From positions 5,966 through 69,965 of IMG/VR virus record IMGVR_UViG_3300042463_000422: a stretch of DNA of 64,000 bases, one strand, 5' to 3'. This document shows positions 26,122-37,346 of this stretch, piece after piece. This DNA comes from a virus. The notes under the pieces were generated by a model. It saw only the letters and a list, made by a program, of their open reading frames with translations. It was not told the origin of the DNA and did not search any database. Every line of letters begins with the position of its first letter. The stretch's first letter is position 1. Position numbers and translations under genes: made by a program.

Positions 26122-28251
26122 ATGCCCAAGTTTCTCTCAATCCTAGACATGTCGAACCTGCAGATTGTTAATCTGCAGATCCACAACAGCCCGACGGTCC
26201 CGTATGCAGCGAGCACTGGGAAAGGCTCGATGTGGATGGACACGTCGAACAACCGTCTCAACTGGAGCGACGGCGTTAACTGGCGAGCCATCTACCCGAT
26301 GGACACCCAAGCGACCGCTAACACCGCGGTGCTTCGTGATAGCTCTGGCGGGTTCTCAGCCGGAACTATTACCGCGACGCTTTTTGATGGCACGGCAACT
26401 CAAGCAAACAAGCTCACCAATGCTCGTAACATCGCCATCAGCGGAAAGGCTACGGCCGCTGGTGTTGGGTTCGATGGGACGGCGGCGATCAGCCTCAACG
26501 TCACGGCGCTTTCAGTTGTTCCCGGGGAAATCACGCTCGCGAACAACCAGATCATCGTCGGCAACGGAAGTGGTGTTGGTGCTGCGGTAGCTAAGAGCAC
26601 TTTCCTGCTGTCCGAATTAGGTGCTCCGACTGGCCCTGTTTCTTTCAACGGCCAGCTGATCACTAACGTCGCCGATCCTGTTTCTGGAACTGACGCAGCC
26701 AACCGCCAGTTCGTCGAGAGTTTCGCTCAAGGTCTTGACCCCAAGGCGTCTTGTCGTGTTGCCACCACCGCTGATCTCGGCGGCACCTACAACAACATTA
26801 CCAAGACGATGACGGGCGGACTGACTCCGCTCATCATTGATGGTGTTACGCTTGCTGCTGGTAACCGGGTGCTTGTCAAAAACGAAACCAGCGGGAGCGG
26901 TGCGAGCGAAAACGGTATCTACACGGTCACCAATGCTGGCAGTTACAGCGTGGCCTGGGTGCTGACCCGCGCCACTGATTTCGACACCAGTGCCAAAGCA
27001 AGCCCGGGATCGTTCACCTTCATCGAAGAGGGCACTGTCAACAAGGACACCGGCTGGGTGATGACTGCCGATGCCCCGGTGGCTCTCGACACCACGGCGC
27101 TCAACTGGACCCAGTTCTCCGGTGCAGGCTCGTACACGGCTGGTCGAGGTATTGTCCTCAACGGAACCCAGTTCCACTTCGCGCAGAACTCAGACTACAC
27201 GGCGAACACGATCCCGTACGCCACTGGCGCGACCACGATCGGGTTTATCGGAGCAGGCTCAGCAAACCAAGTGCTCCGTATTCCGTCCGGTGGAGGGGCT
27301 CCAGCGTTTGGTGCTATCGACATCAGTCAGGCCGCTGCCGTCACCGGAACGCTTGCGGCAGCCAACGGCGGCACGGGCCAGTCTTCGTACACGATTGGCG
27401 ACATCCTTTATGCCAGTGCCTCCAACGCGCTTTCCAAGCTGGCGGGGGTGGCTGTTGGCAACGCGCTGATCTCTGGCGGCGTTGGCGCTGCTCCTAGCTG
27501 GGGTAAGATCACACTTACCAGCCACGTCAGTGGAATCCTGCCGATTGGTAACGGCGGCACGGGCCTTTCGACGTGGACCACTAACGGGGTGTTCTACGGC
27601 GGTGCGAGCGCGATGGGTCAGACGCTTGCGCCAACATCTGGCCAACTTCTTGTTGGTAGCGTTGGAGGTGTTCCGACGTTCGTTGGCATGTCGGGCGATG
27701 CCACGCTGTCTGCGGCAGGTGGGCTCACAATCTCTGCGAATGCGGTCACATACGCCAAGTTCCAGCAGATCGCTGGCTTGTCTGTGTTTGGCAATTCGAG
27801 CCCTTCTGCGGCGAACGGAGGAGCGATCTCGGGAACAGCCAATCAGGTTCTCCGGGTTGACCCGACTGGCACCGCGCTTGGTTTCGGTGCGATCAACCTT
27901 GCGAGCGGCAGTGCTGTCACCGGAATCCTTCCCGGCGCGAACGGCGGCACTGGAACCCAGTACGCTCAGTTCACGACTGGCGGGTCCACGCTGCGCACCT
28001 ATTCGCTGCCGAATCTGAACGTCCAGTTGGCGGCTCAGGTGTCTGGTACGATCACCGGAAACAACAGCACCACGGTCTTCAGCGCCACCCACAACCTGAA
28101 CACCAAGAACGTCGTCGTCTCAGTGTTCGACTCCAGTGACGACAGAGTGTATGTGGACACCAAGACATTCGACGTGAACACCGTTCGCTTCACTTTCGCT
28201 GTCGCTCCCGCATCGGGAATCACATATCGCTGGGTCGTCGTCGGCTACTAA
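26122..28251 (+). CDS. tail fibre protein
   Basis: KASCRVATT, RVLVKN, ENGIY, LTRATDFD, WTQFSGAG, L(P/A)xxNGGTG repeats, HNLNTK C-terminus. Confidence 0.85.
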   Translation: MPKFLSILDMSNLQIVNLQIHNSPTVPYAASTGKGSMWMDTSNNRLNWSDGVNWRAIYPMDTQATANTAVLRDSSGGFSAGTITATLFDGTATQANKLTNARNIAISGKATAAGVGFDGTAAISLNVTALSVVPGEITLANNQIIVGNGSGVGAAVAKSTFLLSELGAPTGPVSFNGQLITNVADPVSGTDAANRQFVESFAQGLDPKASCRVATTADLGGTYNNITKTMTGGLTPLIIDGVTLAAGNRVLVKNETSGSGASENGIYTVTNAGSYSVAWVLTRATDFDTSAKASPGSFTFIEEGTVNKDTGWVMTADAPVALDTTALNWTQFSGAGSYTAGRGIVLNGTQFHFAQNSDYTANTIPYATGATTIGFIGAGSANQVLRIPSGGGAPAFGAIDISQAAAVTGTLAAANGGTGQSSYTIGDILYASASNALSKLAGVAVGNALISGGVGAAPSWGKITLTSHVSGILPIGNGGTGLSTWTTNGVFYGGASAMGQTLAPTSGQLLVGSVGGVPTFVGMSGDATLSAAGGLTISANAVTYAKFQQIAGLSVFGNSSPSAANGGAISGTANQVLRVDPTGTALGFGAINLASGSAVTGILPGANGGTGTQYAQFTTGGSTLRTYSLPNLNVQLAAQVSGTITGNNSTTVFSATHNLNTKNVVVSVFDSSDDRVYVDTKTFDVNTVRFTFAVAPASGITYRWVVVGY

Positions 28252-28263
28252 CCAATCTCCAGA

Positions 28264-31200
28264 ATGAAGTTCGAGAGCCAACTGCAGATCGTCACGGCAG
28301 CGGGGGTTCCCCCGTTCACGGTCAATCAGACCGCGCTGGTGATCAACCTCAACGCCGACCTGTTGGACGGGCAGCACGGGTCGTACTACGCGGCGGCATC
28401 GTCGCTTGGTAACTACCTTCCGCTGACTGGTGGAACACTCACCGGAACGCTGACTGGAACGGTTGGCATCTTCACAACGCTCAGAGCGACTGAGCTCACC
28501 AGCCTGCTCGGGTCGAATGGTCCGATCACGATCACTCCTGACGGCACCGGACACGTCCACATCAACTCGACGGACATCCGTATTGGCACGAACAACACGA
28601 ACGCCACGCTCGCAACTCGAGGCACTGGCGACCTGATACTCAGAACCCACGAGGGTTCCGCGAACGAGGGTTTCATCCGAATCTACGATGGCGCGAACGG
28701 CAACATCGAGATCACCCCCAACGGAACCGGCACGGTTGTTGTTGGGAGGCTGTCAGGAAGCACCGCGTCGTTCAGTGGTGCGTTGTCGATAACTGGACTG
28801 GGCACGTTCGCCAACAGTGCTGGCAACAGCTACAACGAGAATCTGAGGCTCCCTCGCGGCGGAAGCAGTTACGTCTCGGTTGCGCTTGCTTGCGACACTT
28901 CCGGGTCTGGAAGCATTGCTGGCCAGTTCAACCTCATCGTCTACCCGACCACCGTCAATCAGGGGGCATTTGCGATTCGTGCCAACGGCACTGATGCGCT
29001 GACAATGACGACAGGGGGTGCCGTCAACATCCCGACACTGTCTGGAACCACCGCCACATTCTCTGGCGTGGTAAGCGGAGCGAGCTTCAGTGGAGCAGGA
29101 ACTGGCCTCACTGGCACCGCCGCGTCACTGAACATTGGGGGCAACGCTGCGACTGCTACCTCGGCAGCACTGCTTGGTACAAACACTGGAACTAACCCCA
29201 GTTCACTCCAGTATTGGCAGTTGACAGGAAACTCAACCCTCAACCCAAACACCAGCTATTGGTACGCATTACGAATGGGTCATGGTGATGCTGACACCTA
29301 CTACTCAGCTACTATCGCGGTTGATTTCTTCAACGACGACATTCAGTTCCGACGGAAGACAAACGGCACCAACCAAAGCTGGAGATCCCTTCTCCACGCA
29401 GGGAACTTCTCATCCTACGCTCTCCCGCTTACTGGCGGAACCATCACCGGACAGCTGTCCATCAACGGCTCAACAGCTTCAGACATCCTGCGGCTTTACA
29501 TCACTGGATCAACCGTCTGGAAGCTCGGTGTAACCGACGCCAGCGGTAGCCTGTTCAACATCACGGCTGACTTCGGGAACTTCACGATCAACAAGAGCAA
29601 CGGCAACGTCGCCACACCGGGAGCGTTCGTATCGACTGTAGCCACTGGCACCGCTCCTCTGTCAGTCACGAGTACCACGGTCGTCAGCAACCTGAACTCC
29701 GACCTGCTCGATGGGCAGCACGGGTCATACTTCGAGGGCAGGGACACAACTGCCATCGGGTTCTCGGGCGGATCACTCACCCTGACACGAACTGCGGGCA
29801 ATCTTAGTGTCAGCCTTGACGGGCGCTACCTGCCACTCACTGGTGGTGTGCTTACAGGTGCGCTCACGGGCACGACTGCTGCATTCGGTGGCGACGTGTC
29901 GCTGAACGCTAAAGTCTCGTTCGGAAACCGTGCTGCGAGCTACAGCCTGTTTCATGGCGGCGCTCAAGATCTCGCGTGGAAGAAGATCGCGGACATCACG
30001 TTCGGCACCTCACTCTACTCGGGAGCGACATTCAAGGTTGAGGTCATCGACGCCAACACCAACTTCGGCGCGAACGCAGACTGCAAGCCGATGACGTTCT
30101 TTGTGTCGTGTCGTCGGAGCGGTGGTGTGCTGAACGATCTCGATAGCGCACTTGTGTTCGGCCCGGTCGCGGACTACGTGCGGGCGGTAAAGACGGCAAC
30201 AGGAGTGTACGAGCTTCAGATCCGGCAGATAGCCGACTGGATGGTACACACCTTCATCGTCGAGGTCATTAGCCAAGGGGCTGGCACGGTCACTTACGTC
30301 ACTGGAACACCTCCGAACGGATCTACCACTGGAACCATCTATCTGCCAACCACAGGTGGCTACACTCAGCGGTTCACGAATCTTGCTGTCACTGGTGCTA
30401 CTACGTTTGGAGGTGTCGCTGCGTTTAGTGCTGCCTCTGGAACGTACATCAACACAGGCGGAGGAAATGATGCGTTCGGTTACAACGCCACGGCAGGCCT
30501 AGGTCACTACATCAAGGGCACCGGAAACACATACATCTACGGCGGTGGCGCTTTCTTCGATGGAAGCACGACGCGCACGTTGTTGCATGCAGGCAACTTC
30601 AACTCCTACGCCCTCCCGCTGACGGGCGGCGCAATGACAGGAAGCTCGACGATCAGTGGCGACAACCACATGACGTTCGGGCCAAACTCTACGTGGAGTA
30701 ACTCGATCCGAATCGGTGGAAATGGGTACACAGCCACTGGGACGCAGATGGCTTCCGTTGCAACGACCAACGGAAACCTGCACCTCGATTCAGCGAAGCT
30801 AACGGCGAGAGGTATTTACCTTAATTGGTACGGTGGAGATGCTGGAACGTATTTCGGAAACGGGTCCAGTGGTCAGGTTGGCCGTGTTGATGGGTCTGGA
30901 AATGCGTCGTTCATTGGCACTGTCACATCTAACTACGGCACATTTTCCGCACCCGGATTGATCGTTGGTGACGCTCAGTACGGTCTGTACGCATCTGCTG
31001 GAAGCCTCTTCTACAAGAGCGCGTCCACGGGGAATCACGTCTGGCGCAACATCGCCAACTCGGCGAACACGATGACGCTGGACAACAGCGGCAACCTCAC
31101 GATTACCGGCACACTGACCGAGGGTGGATACCTCGCGTTCCCTGAGCGCGTCTACACGATCAACCTGAACGCGCAGTCAGCTGCGAACTTCTACCCGATC

Positions 31201-34200
31201 GTCATCAACGGGAGCCCCGGCAATGATCCGTGGCATCATCGGTTCTCTCTTGAGATGCCATCACTGGGTGGTGCGTCGGCGTACAACATGGACCACATCC
31301 ATGGTGAGGCTCGTGGTCAGGGGTGGTCCGACCAGACCGGCTTCTACCGCATCTTCCACAACTGCTACGAAAACAACGAGCGTTCTGTTCTTGGCTTGTG
31401 GAGAGGGACTCAGGATTGGTACGGCATCGTTCTCTACGTCCGAGGTGGGCAGACCTACTACGTGCGGACCACCTCGCGCTCTGTGGCAGGCTTCACCGCT
31501 GCAACCACTCAGGGTAATGCGACGTTCGCGATTAAGAATGCTGCTGGCGCTGACGTGTCTGGAACGTCTACCGCGATCGGGGAGCTCTTCAACCTGATCA
31601 ATACGCCTCAGGGGTTCCACAGCAGCTACAACAATTACATCGGCGGCACGCAGGTCGTCACGAACACGGGCACTTGGGGTATCAGCATTAGCGGCACCGC
31701 TGCGACTGCAACCACTGCCAATGGCCTGAACGCGGCCAACAACTATCAGGTCAACTCGATCGGCGTCGGAATAGCCGCGAGCGGAACGGCTGGATCCATC
31801 GGCTTAAATCAGGCGGGCACTCGGTCTTGGTCGATTACCCCAAGCGGAGGAAACCTCAACTTCGCCTCAGGGGATGGAAGTGGTGCTGCAAACTTCTCTG
31901 TTGCACTGCAACAAGGAGGCCAACAAGTCCTACACGCTGGCAACTACACTTCCTACGCGGCTGGTCTCGGGACGTACAACGTGTTGACCAACGTCAACCA
32001 GTTCCGGTCAAACATCGGAAACGGTTTTTACCTCGGTACGGCTAACAATCCTCCACTACAAGCATTCTCTAGCGACGGAGGTGCGGCGTTCATGTCGTTC
32101 CATCGATCCGGTTTCTACGCTGTCAACATGGGTCTGGACCCAGACAACGTCCTGCGAATCGGCGGATGGTCTGCTGCTGCCAATCGGTGGCAGCTAGACA
32201 TGTCCGGCAACGAGACCATCGCCGGAAGCCTGACTGCTGTTGGTGGAATCTTTAGTGGCCCAATCACTCAAGGCCCCTACTCGCGCAGACAGATCGACTT
32301 CACGTCGCCCGCTGCCAACTTTGGAAATTTCAAACAGTTCCTACGTTTGTGGGCAGCGAGCGGAAGTGGCTCAAATCTGTTTACGCTGCGAGTGTCTGTT
32401 AGATCTACTTGGAACTGGGCAACCGCATACGGCGGGATCGAAGCGGTGTACTCATTGTACATTCCGGGAGACGGAAGCATAAGCTCGATTCGAGATTTCA
32501 GAATCACTCATGTGTCCGGGCCTGCAACAGACACCATGCGTCTTGGGGATGCGGTGATTGAAAACGGCTTCGTCTCGATCCCGGTCTGGTGCGCTAACAC
32601 GAACCCGATTTGCGCCACCGTTGAGCAGTGGAACGGGACCGCAATCCTAGGAACCACAACCGCCGCTGTCTCCGAGGCGCTTCCAGCGTTCATTGCGCCC
32701 AGCTTCCGTGGAGGTCTCACCTCTAACGGTCCAACGACCATCACCGACTCGAACAGCGGCGTGTTGTTGTCGGCCGCAAACGACGCACGGTTCTACATTC
32801 GCTCGGGCACTGCTGGTGCTTGGCTCGACATCCGCTCAGAGACGAACGGGTACGCTGCAGTGAACCTGTATGGCGGCGGTGCGACCACAGGCCGTTGGTC
32901 GGCAGGCATGACCGGCGGCAACTCGAACTACCGAATCACGTCTGGTGCCCAAGGCGCTGGCACCGTGCTGCTGGAGATCAACGGTTCGACAAACGTCTCC
33001 AACTTCCCGAACGCGCTTCAGCAGGGTGGAAACCCGGTCCTCTCTGAGGCTGTCGTCACGTTCACTCCGACAGCCGTCGGCTGGTATCGCATTGCTATAG
33101 CTGGCGGCATTTCATCTGGAACGATCAGGATTACTGGCGTCTACGACAATCGCTCTGCAGCGATGGAGTTCGACTACACCGTCAACGGGTGGAATCAGAA
33201 TTGCAGTATCAACGTCAGGAACGTAAATAACTATGTTGGATCACTGATTACGCAGATTCGTGCGAGCAACGATGTCAGCACTGCGAACGGTTATCTCGAC
33301 ATCTACATTGCTACCGCGACCACTCCAGCTCCGCTGACGATTTACAACTTCGGACCATCCAGAGCAGGTCTTGTTGCATCGCCAGTTGTCGGCGCGGTCG
33401 TTGGAACAAACGTAGTCAGGATCGCCACCGTCATTAACGCCATGGGGTTTGTCACAACAGGTGTGCTCAATGGCGACACGCTTGGTATCGCTGGAAACGG
33501 GACTGTTGGAGGGACTCTGTCCGTCACAGGTGCCATCACCCAAGGCGGTAACCAAGTCCTGCATGCTGGAAATGTGTCCACCTACGCGCTCCCCATCAGT
33601 GGCGGCACACTGACGGGTGCAGTCAGTTTCCTTGGCACAGTCTACAACAACGTCGGGGGTGCAAGGTTCTTCGCAGGAAGTGGCGGATTCAACTACCTGT
33701 ACACGAACACCAGTGGCATGGTTTGGAGGAACCAAGCCGACAGCGCAACGGTCGCCACACTGACGGACGCAGGGGCTTTCAACGCTGCGGGTGCCATCAC
33801 CCAAGCAGGCAACCAAGTTGTCCACGCCGGAAACGTTTCGACGTACACGATCCCGTACCTTTCGGCAGTTGCAGAAGCGAGCCTAGACACGGCCACTGGA
33901 ACTGGGTTGCGAGTCATAAACAAGACTGGCTACAGCAGCACGCTGCTCACGCTCAACGTCGCAGGATCGACAGGTCCATTCCAACTGGACGCCAATTACA
34001 CCGGAGTCCTCAGGTGGCGCAACCAAACCGACAGCACGACGTGGACGGCTTGGAAGACGCTGATCCACGACGCAAACGTCTCCTCCTACGCACTCCCGAT
34101 CTCCGGCGGCACACTGACTGGAAATCTGGCTCTCAACACAGGGGTCATTTTCAATCGCGGCTCTGCTCCGAGCATCACCAACATCCAGTGCTCGATCTTC

Positions 34201-36216
34201 AACGAGCTCAACGGAATCGCGAGTTCAGAGTCGTTGAACTTCAGGGCGTACGGTGGATTCAAATGGCAGTACTGGGATGGATCTGCGACGTGGATGCAGT
34301 TGACCTCTGCAGGCCTGTCGATCACGGGAACACTGAACGCCACTGGAGCCATCACACAAGGCGGCAATCAAGTCCTGCACGCAGGCAACTACACCGGGTA
34401 CTTCAATAACTTCGTTCAGGGCGCGGGTTCGAGAGGTCGCTCAAGCGGCCGCACAAACGGTAGCGCAAACAACCTGACCGATCCATCTGGGTTCTACTTC
34501 GGAAACACTGTGACAGGAATGCCGTCCACGGACTGGTGGAACTGGCTGAACTGCATCGGCAACGACTGGTCCTCCCCGGACGGCTATGGCTACCAGTTGG
34601 CCTACTCGTTCTGGAGTGACGACATCAGGATGCGTCGGCTGACTTCTGGAACTTGGAATAGCTGGGTGTCGTTGATTCACAGCGGCAACTACACCAACTA
34701 TCCGCCTGCACGCTGGGCCACCGGCCGAACAATCGCCCTGACCGGAGATGTCACCGGAACCAGCGGTTTGTTCGACGGCACGGCCAATCTCTCGTTTGCT
34801 GCGACGATCGCAAACTCATCGGTAACCTACGCAAAGATCCAGAACGTCGCGGTGTCGAGCGTTCTTGGGAACAGCAGCGCATCAGTGGCTCAGGCTCCGC
34901 AGGCGCTCTCGATGGCCACACTGGCTGGCATGCTTAGCGGGCAGACGATGAACATCGTTGGAAGCTCAACCAGCGTGTCGGCAGCGGCGGATCAGGCGAT
35001 CGTCAATCAGCACAACGGAAGCGGCTCAGCATGGTACGGACGCATTCTCTCCAAGAACTCGACCAACGATAGGTCGGCGTTCCTTGGGACATACGGAAGC
35101 GTTGCGGGCGTCTTCGCTCACAACAACGCCTTAACCGCATGGGCTGACCTTTACATCAACACGGTGGATGGAAGCACTGGCGGCACCGTCCGAATGCCGT
35201 CATCCGTTCTGATCAACGGCAATCAGGCGCTCCACGCTGGAACAACAAGTGCCCCGAGTTTGAGTATTGGTGGCAATGCCGCGACAGCAACCAATCTCAG
35301 CACCAACAGAACCAACTGGTCCACGAATGGTGTGATCTCAGCTGTGGTCGGTCAGTTGGCTTGGAAGCACTACAACAACAACCACACGATCTTCGACGCT
35401 TCCAACTCTACGTCCCCAGCCGGAGGCGCGATCAGCAACACCAACGCGCAGGTCGCTTGGTCTTCAACCTACCCGACCCTGATGGGTTGGAATGGAGTCA
35501 ACACGTATGGCGTTCGAGTGGACTCGGCTAGGGTTGCTGATTCCTGCTCCGGTTCTGCGGCGCAGCTGAACGGTCAGGCCGCAAGCTACTACGAGAACCG
35601 CGACATCACTGCGGTCGGATTCGCGTCAGGAACACTGACTCTCACTCGCGCTGCGGGGAATCTCTCCGTCAGCCTCGACGGACGATACCTGACTGGAAAC
35701 CAGACGATCTCACTGACGGGGGCTGTAACAGGATCTGGCACCACGTCCATCGCGACTACGCTCGCGAACTCGACTGTCACCTACGCGAAGATTCAGAACG
35801 TGGGCGCGTCAAGCGTGCTGGGTAACAGTAGCGCGTCTGTCTCGCAAGCTCCGCAGGAGATCACGTTCGCCAACCTGAACAACCTCCTGTCTGGTGCAGC
35901 CAAGGCGTGGGTCACGTTCAACGAGAACCCGACCACCGGAGCGATCACGATCAACGCCAGCTTCAACGTCTCCAGTATAACGCGCATCAACTACGGGCAG
36001 TATCGGGTCAACTTCTCAACAGCGTTTGGCGATGCCAACTATGCTATTTCTGGAACTATTGGATTTGAGTCGAACGGAGGATACCTCTACGGCGGATTTC
36101 TAAACGTAGCCCGTAGTGCAACCCCGAAAACCACCACCTACTGTGAGGTCACCGCCAGTTACGGCGACGGCAACACATACAACGCACGCTATGTCCACGT
36201 CGTTATCGACCGATAA
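28264..36216 (+). CDS. giant modular tail fibre (2650 aa)
   Basis: G/T/N/S-rich; repeated DLLDGQHGSY, LHAGN...LPxxGGTLTG, VTYAKIQNV; C-terminal AKAWVTFN...FNVSSI domain. Confidence 0.88.
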   Translation: MKFESQLQIVTAAGVPPFTVNQTALVINLNADLLDGQHGSYYAAASSLGNYLPLTGGTLTGTLTGTVGIFTTLRATELTSLLGSNGPITITPDGTGHVHINSTDIRIGTNNTNATLATRGTGDLILRTHEGSANEGFIRIYDGANGNIEITPNGTGTVVVGRLSGSTASFSGALSITGLGTFANSAGNSYNENLRLPRGGSSYVSVALACDTSGSGSIAGQFNLIVYPTTVNQGAFAIRANGTDALTMTTGGAVNIPTLSGTTATFSGVVSGASFSGAGTGLTGTAASLNIGGNAATATSAALLGTNTGTNPSSLQYWQLTGNSTLNPNTSYWYALRMGHGDADTYYSATIAVDFFNDDIQFRRKTNGTNQSWRSLLHAGNFSSYALPLTGGTITGQLSINGSTASDILRLYITGSTVWKLGVTDASGSLFNITADFGNFTINKSNGNVATPGAFVSTVATGTAPLSVTSTTVVSNLNSDLLDGQHGSYFEGRDTTAIGFSGGSLTLTRTAGNLSVSLDGRYLPLTGGVLTGALTGTTAAFGGDVSLNAKVSFGNRAASYSLFHGGAQDLAWKKIADITFGTSLYSGATFKVEVIDANTNFGANADCKPMTFFVSCRRSGGVLNDLDSALVFGPVADYVRAVKTATGVYELQIRQIADWMVHTFIVEVISQGAGTVTYVTGTPPNGSTTGTIYLPTTGGYTQRFTNLAVTGATTFGGVAAFSAASGTYINTGGGNDAFGYNATAGLGHYIKGTGNTYIYGGGAFFDGSTTRTLLHAGNFNSYALPLTGGAMTGSSTISGDNHMTFGPNSTWSNSIRIGGNGYTATGTQMASVATTNGNLHLDSAKLTARGIYLNWYGGDAGTYFGNGSSGQVGRVDGSGNASFIGTVTSNYGTFSAPGLIVGDAQYGLYASAGSLFYKSASTGNHVWRNIANSANTMTLDNSGNLTITGTLTEGGYLAFPERVYTINLNAQSAANFYPIVINGSPGNDPWHHRFSLEMPSLGGASAYNMDHIHGEARGQGWSDQTGFYRIFHNCYENNERSVLGLWRGTQDWYGIVLYVRGGQTYYVRTTSRSVAGFTAATTQGNATFAIKNAAGADVSGTSTAIGELFNLINTPQGFHSSYNNYIGGTQVVTNTGTWGISISGTAATATTANGLNAANNYQVNSIGVGIAASGTAGSIGLNQAGTRSWSITPSGGNLNFASGDGSGAANFSVALQQGGQQVLHAGNYTSYAAGLGTYNVLTNVNQFRSNIGNGFYLGTANNPPLQAFSSDGGAAFMSFHRSGFYAVNMGLDPDNVLRIGGWSAAANRWQLDMSGNETIAGSLTAVGGIFSGPITQGPYSRRQIDFTSPAANFGNFKQFLRLWAASGSGSNLFTLRVSVRSTWNWATAYGGIEAVYSLYIPGDGSISSIRDFRITHVSGPATDTMRLGDAVIENGFVSIPVWCANTNPICATVEQWNGTAILGTTTAAVSEALPAFIAPSFRGGLTSNGPTTITDSNSGVLLSAANDARFYIRSGTAGAWLDIRSETNGYAAVNLYGGGATTGRWSAGMTGGNSNYRITSGAQGAGTVLLEINGSTNVSNFPNALQQGGNPVLSEAVVTFTPTAVGWYRIAIAGGISSGTIRITGVYDNRSAAMEFDYTVNGWNQNCSINVRNVNNYVGSLITQIRASNDVSTANGYLDIYIATATTPAPLTIYNFGPSRAGLVASPVVGAVVGTNVVRIATVINAMGFVTTGVLNGDTLGIAGNGTVGGTLSVTGAITQGGNQVLHAGNVSTYALPISGGTLTGAVSFLGTVYNNVGGARFFAGSGGFNYLYTNTSGMVWRNQADSATVATLTDAGAFNAAGAITQAGNQVVHAGNVSTYTIPYLSAVAEASLDTATGTGLRVINKTGYSSTLLTLNVAGSTGPFQLDANYTGVLRWRNQTDSTTWTAWKTLIHDANVSSYALPISGGTLTGNLALNTGVIFNRGSAPSITNIQCSIFNELNGIASSESLNFRAYGGFKWQYWDGSATWMQLTSAGLSITGTLNATGAITQGGNQVLHAGNYTGYFNNFVQGAGSRGRSSGRTNGSANNLTDPSGFYFGNTVTGMPSTDWWNWLNCIGNDWSSPDGYGYQLAYSFWSDDIRMRRLTSGTWNSWVSLIHSGNYTNYPPARWATGRTIALTGDVTGTSGLFDGTANLSFAATIANSSVTYAKIQNVAVSSVLGNSSASVAQAPQALSMATLAGMLSGQTMNIVGSSTSVSAAADQAIVNQHNGSGSAWYGRILSKNSTNDRSAFLGTYGSVAGVFAHNNALTAWADLYINTVDGSTGGTVRMPSSVLINGNQALHAGTTSAPSLSIGGNAATATNLSTNRTNWSTNGVISAVVGQLAWKHYNNNHTIFDASNSTSPAGGAISNTNAQVAWSSTYPTLMGWNGVNTYGVRVDSARVADSCSGSAAQLNGQAASYYENRDITAVGFASGTLTLTRAAGNLSVSLDGRYLTGNQTISLTGAVTGSGTTSIATTLANSTVTYAKIQNVGASSVLGNSSASVSQAPQEITFANLNNLLSGAAKAWVTFNENPTTGAITINASFNVSSITRINYGQYRVNFSTAFGDANYAISGTIGFESNGGYLYGGFLNVARSATPKTTTYCEVTASYGDGNTYNARYVHVVIDR

Positions 36217-36219
36217 GCC

Positions 36220-36702
36220 ATGAAAGTCATTGTGTTCAACGGCGATTCTGGGAGTGCTCAGATACTCACGCCAAACTATCCAAAAAGCATAACCCCTGAA
36301 GAGGAGGCGCAGTTATTGAGTCGTCTTCAGGTTACCGATGTGATGCCGCTTCCAGATGGCAGCCAGCGTCCGTCGTTCGTCAAGGAGGTTGATTCTCCTG
36401 AGATCACTCGCATGTCGATGCTGTACTCGTCTTGGAAGGTGTCAGATTCTGGAGACGTCTACTGGAATGCTGATGCTGGGCGAGAGATCAAGAGAGGTGT
36501 GTTCCGCGCCCTACGGAAGCCGCTGCTCGAAAAGCTCGACGTGCATTTCATGCGGGCTCTGGAAGACGGGGACACCGCGACCATTGCTGCGATCGCCGCC
36601 AAGAAGAAGGCTCTCCGCGATGTTACGTTGATCGATCTCTCGCAGTACGATACACCGGAGACACTGAACGCCTTCACACCCGAAGTGCTGAAAGAAAACT
36701 GA
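36220..36702 (+). CDS. tail fibre assembly-like protein
   Basis: R..RKPLLEKLDV.FMRALE...K.ALRDVT. Confidence 0.7.
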   Translation: MKVIVFNGDSGSAQILTPNYPKSITPEEEAQLLSRLQVTDVMPLPDGSQRPSFVKEVDSPEITRMSMLYSSWKVSDSGDVYWNADAGREIKRGVFRALRKPLLEKLDVHFMRALEDGDTATIAAIAAKKKALRDVTLIDLSQYDTPETLNAFTPEVLKEN

Positions 36703-36703
36703 T

Positions 36704-37015
36704 ATGCAACAGAACTACCGCCAGATCCAACCGGCCCCCGTGCTGGACAAAACCGCCAACGCCATCGCCATCCCGTACGTCAATGTGCAGCTGTTCCAGT
36801 CCTGCACGGCCCAGTACGAGGTGCGCCAGATCACCGAGATCCCACCCCTCCCAGACGGTCAGGTGCTACCTCCGATGTGGGGTCCGGTCCTGATGAACGG
36901 CAGCATCACCCTATCCGGCGATGACTACACGTCATGGGGCACTGACGACAACTTCCTGTATGAGAAGGTGGCCGAGAAGTTGGGTCTGACGCTGATCCCG
37001 CTGCCAACCGCTTGA
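36704..37015 (+). CDS. small fibre-associated protein
   Basis: G.ITLSGDDY..WG.DD..LY..VA.KLGLTL. Confidence 0.7.
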   Translation: MQQNYRQIQPAPVLDKTANAIAIPYVNVQLFQSCTAQYEVRQITEIPPLPDGQVLPPMWGPVLMNGSITLSGDDYTSWGTDDNFLYEKVAEKLGLTLIPLPTA

Positions 37016-37040
37016 CACATCGAATCCGGTGTTGTACACC
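37012..37040 (+). promoter_or_regulatory. promoter/operator copy 6: TTGACA-N10-GGTGTTGTACACC
   Basis: Same motif; only plus-strand copy. Confidence 0.8.
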
Positions 37041-37049
37041 TAAATCCGC

Positions 37050-37295
37050 ATGGCTGACACCACCGATATCGTCTCGAAGATCAACACTGAGCGGGAGCTT
37101 GTTCTGAGCAACATTCAGCAGCTTGAGCAGAACATCAACATCCTGACCCAGCAGTTGAATCAAGCGCAACAGAACCTCGTCGCCTCCAAGGGCGCTGTCA
37201 TCGGTTTCGACCGCCTTCTCGCTACATTCGCTCCCCCGGTCCCCGTTGGGACCGAGCCCGTCCTCAGTGAACCCACTGACCCGGCTACCAACTAA
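37050..37295 (+). CDS. small coiled-coil protein
   Basis: 81 aa, Gln/Leu heptads; own promoter and terminator. Confidence 0.75.
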   Translation: MADTTDIVSKINTERELVLSNIQQLEQNINILTQQLNQAQQNLVASKGAVIGFDRLLATFAPPVPVGTEPVLSEPTDPATN

Positions 37296-37316
37296 CAGGG
37301 AACAACCCTGACACAC

Positions 37317-37346
37317 GGCCCATCCTCGAAAGGGGGTGGGCCTTTT
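37317..37346 (+). terminator. rho-independent terminator
   Basis: ggcccatcctc GAAA gggggtgggcc tttt. Confidence 0.88.
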
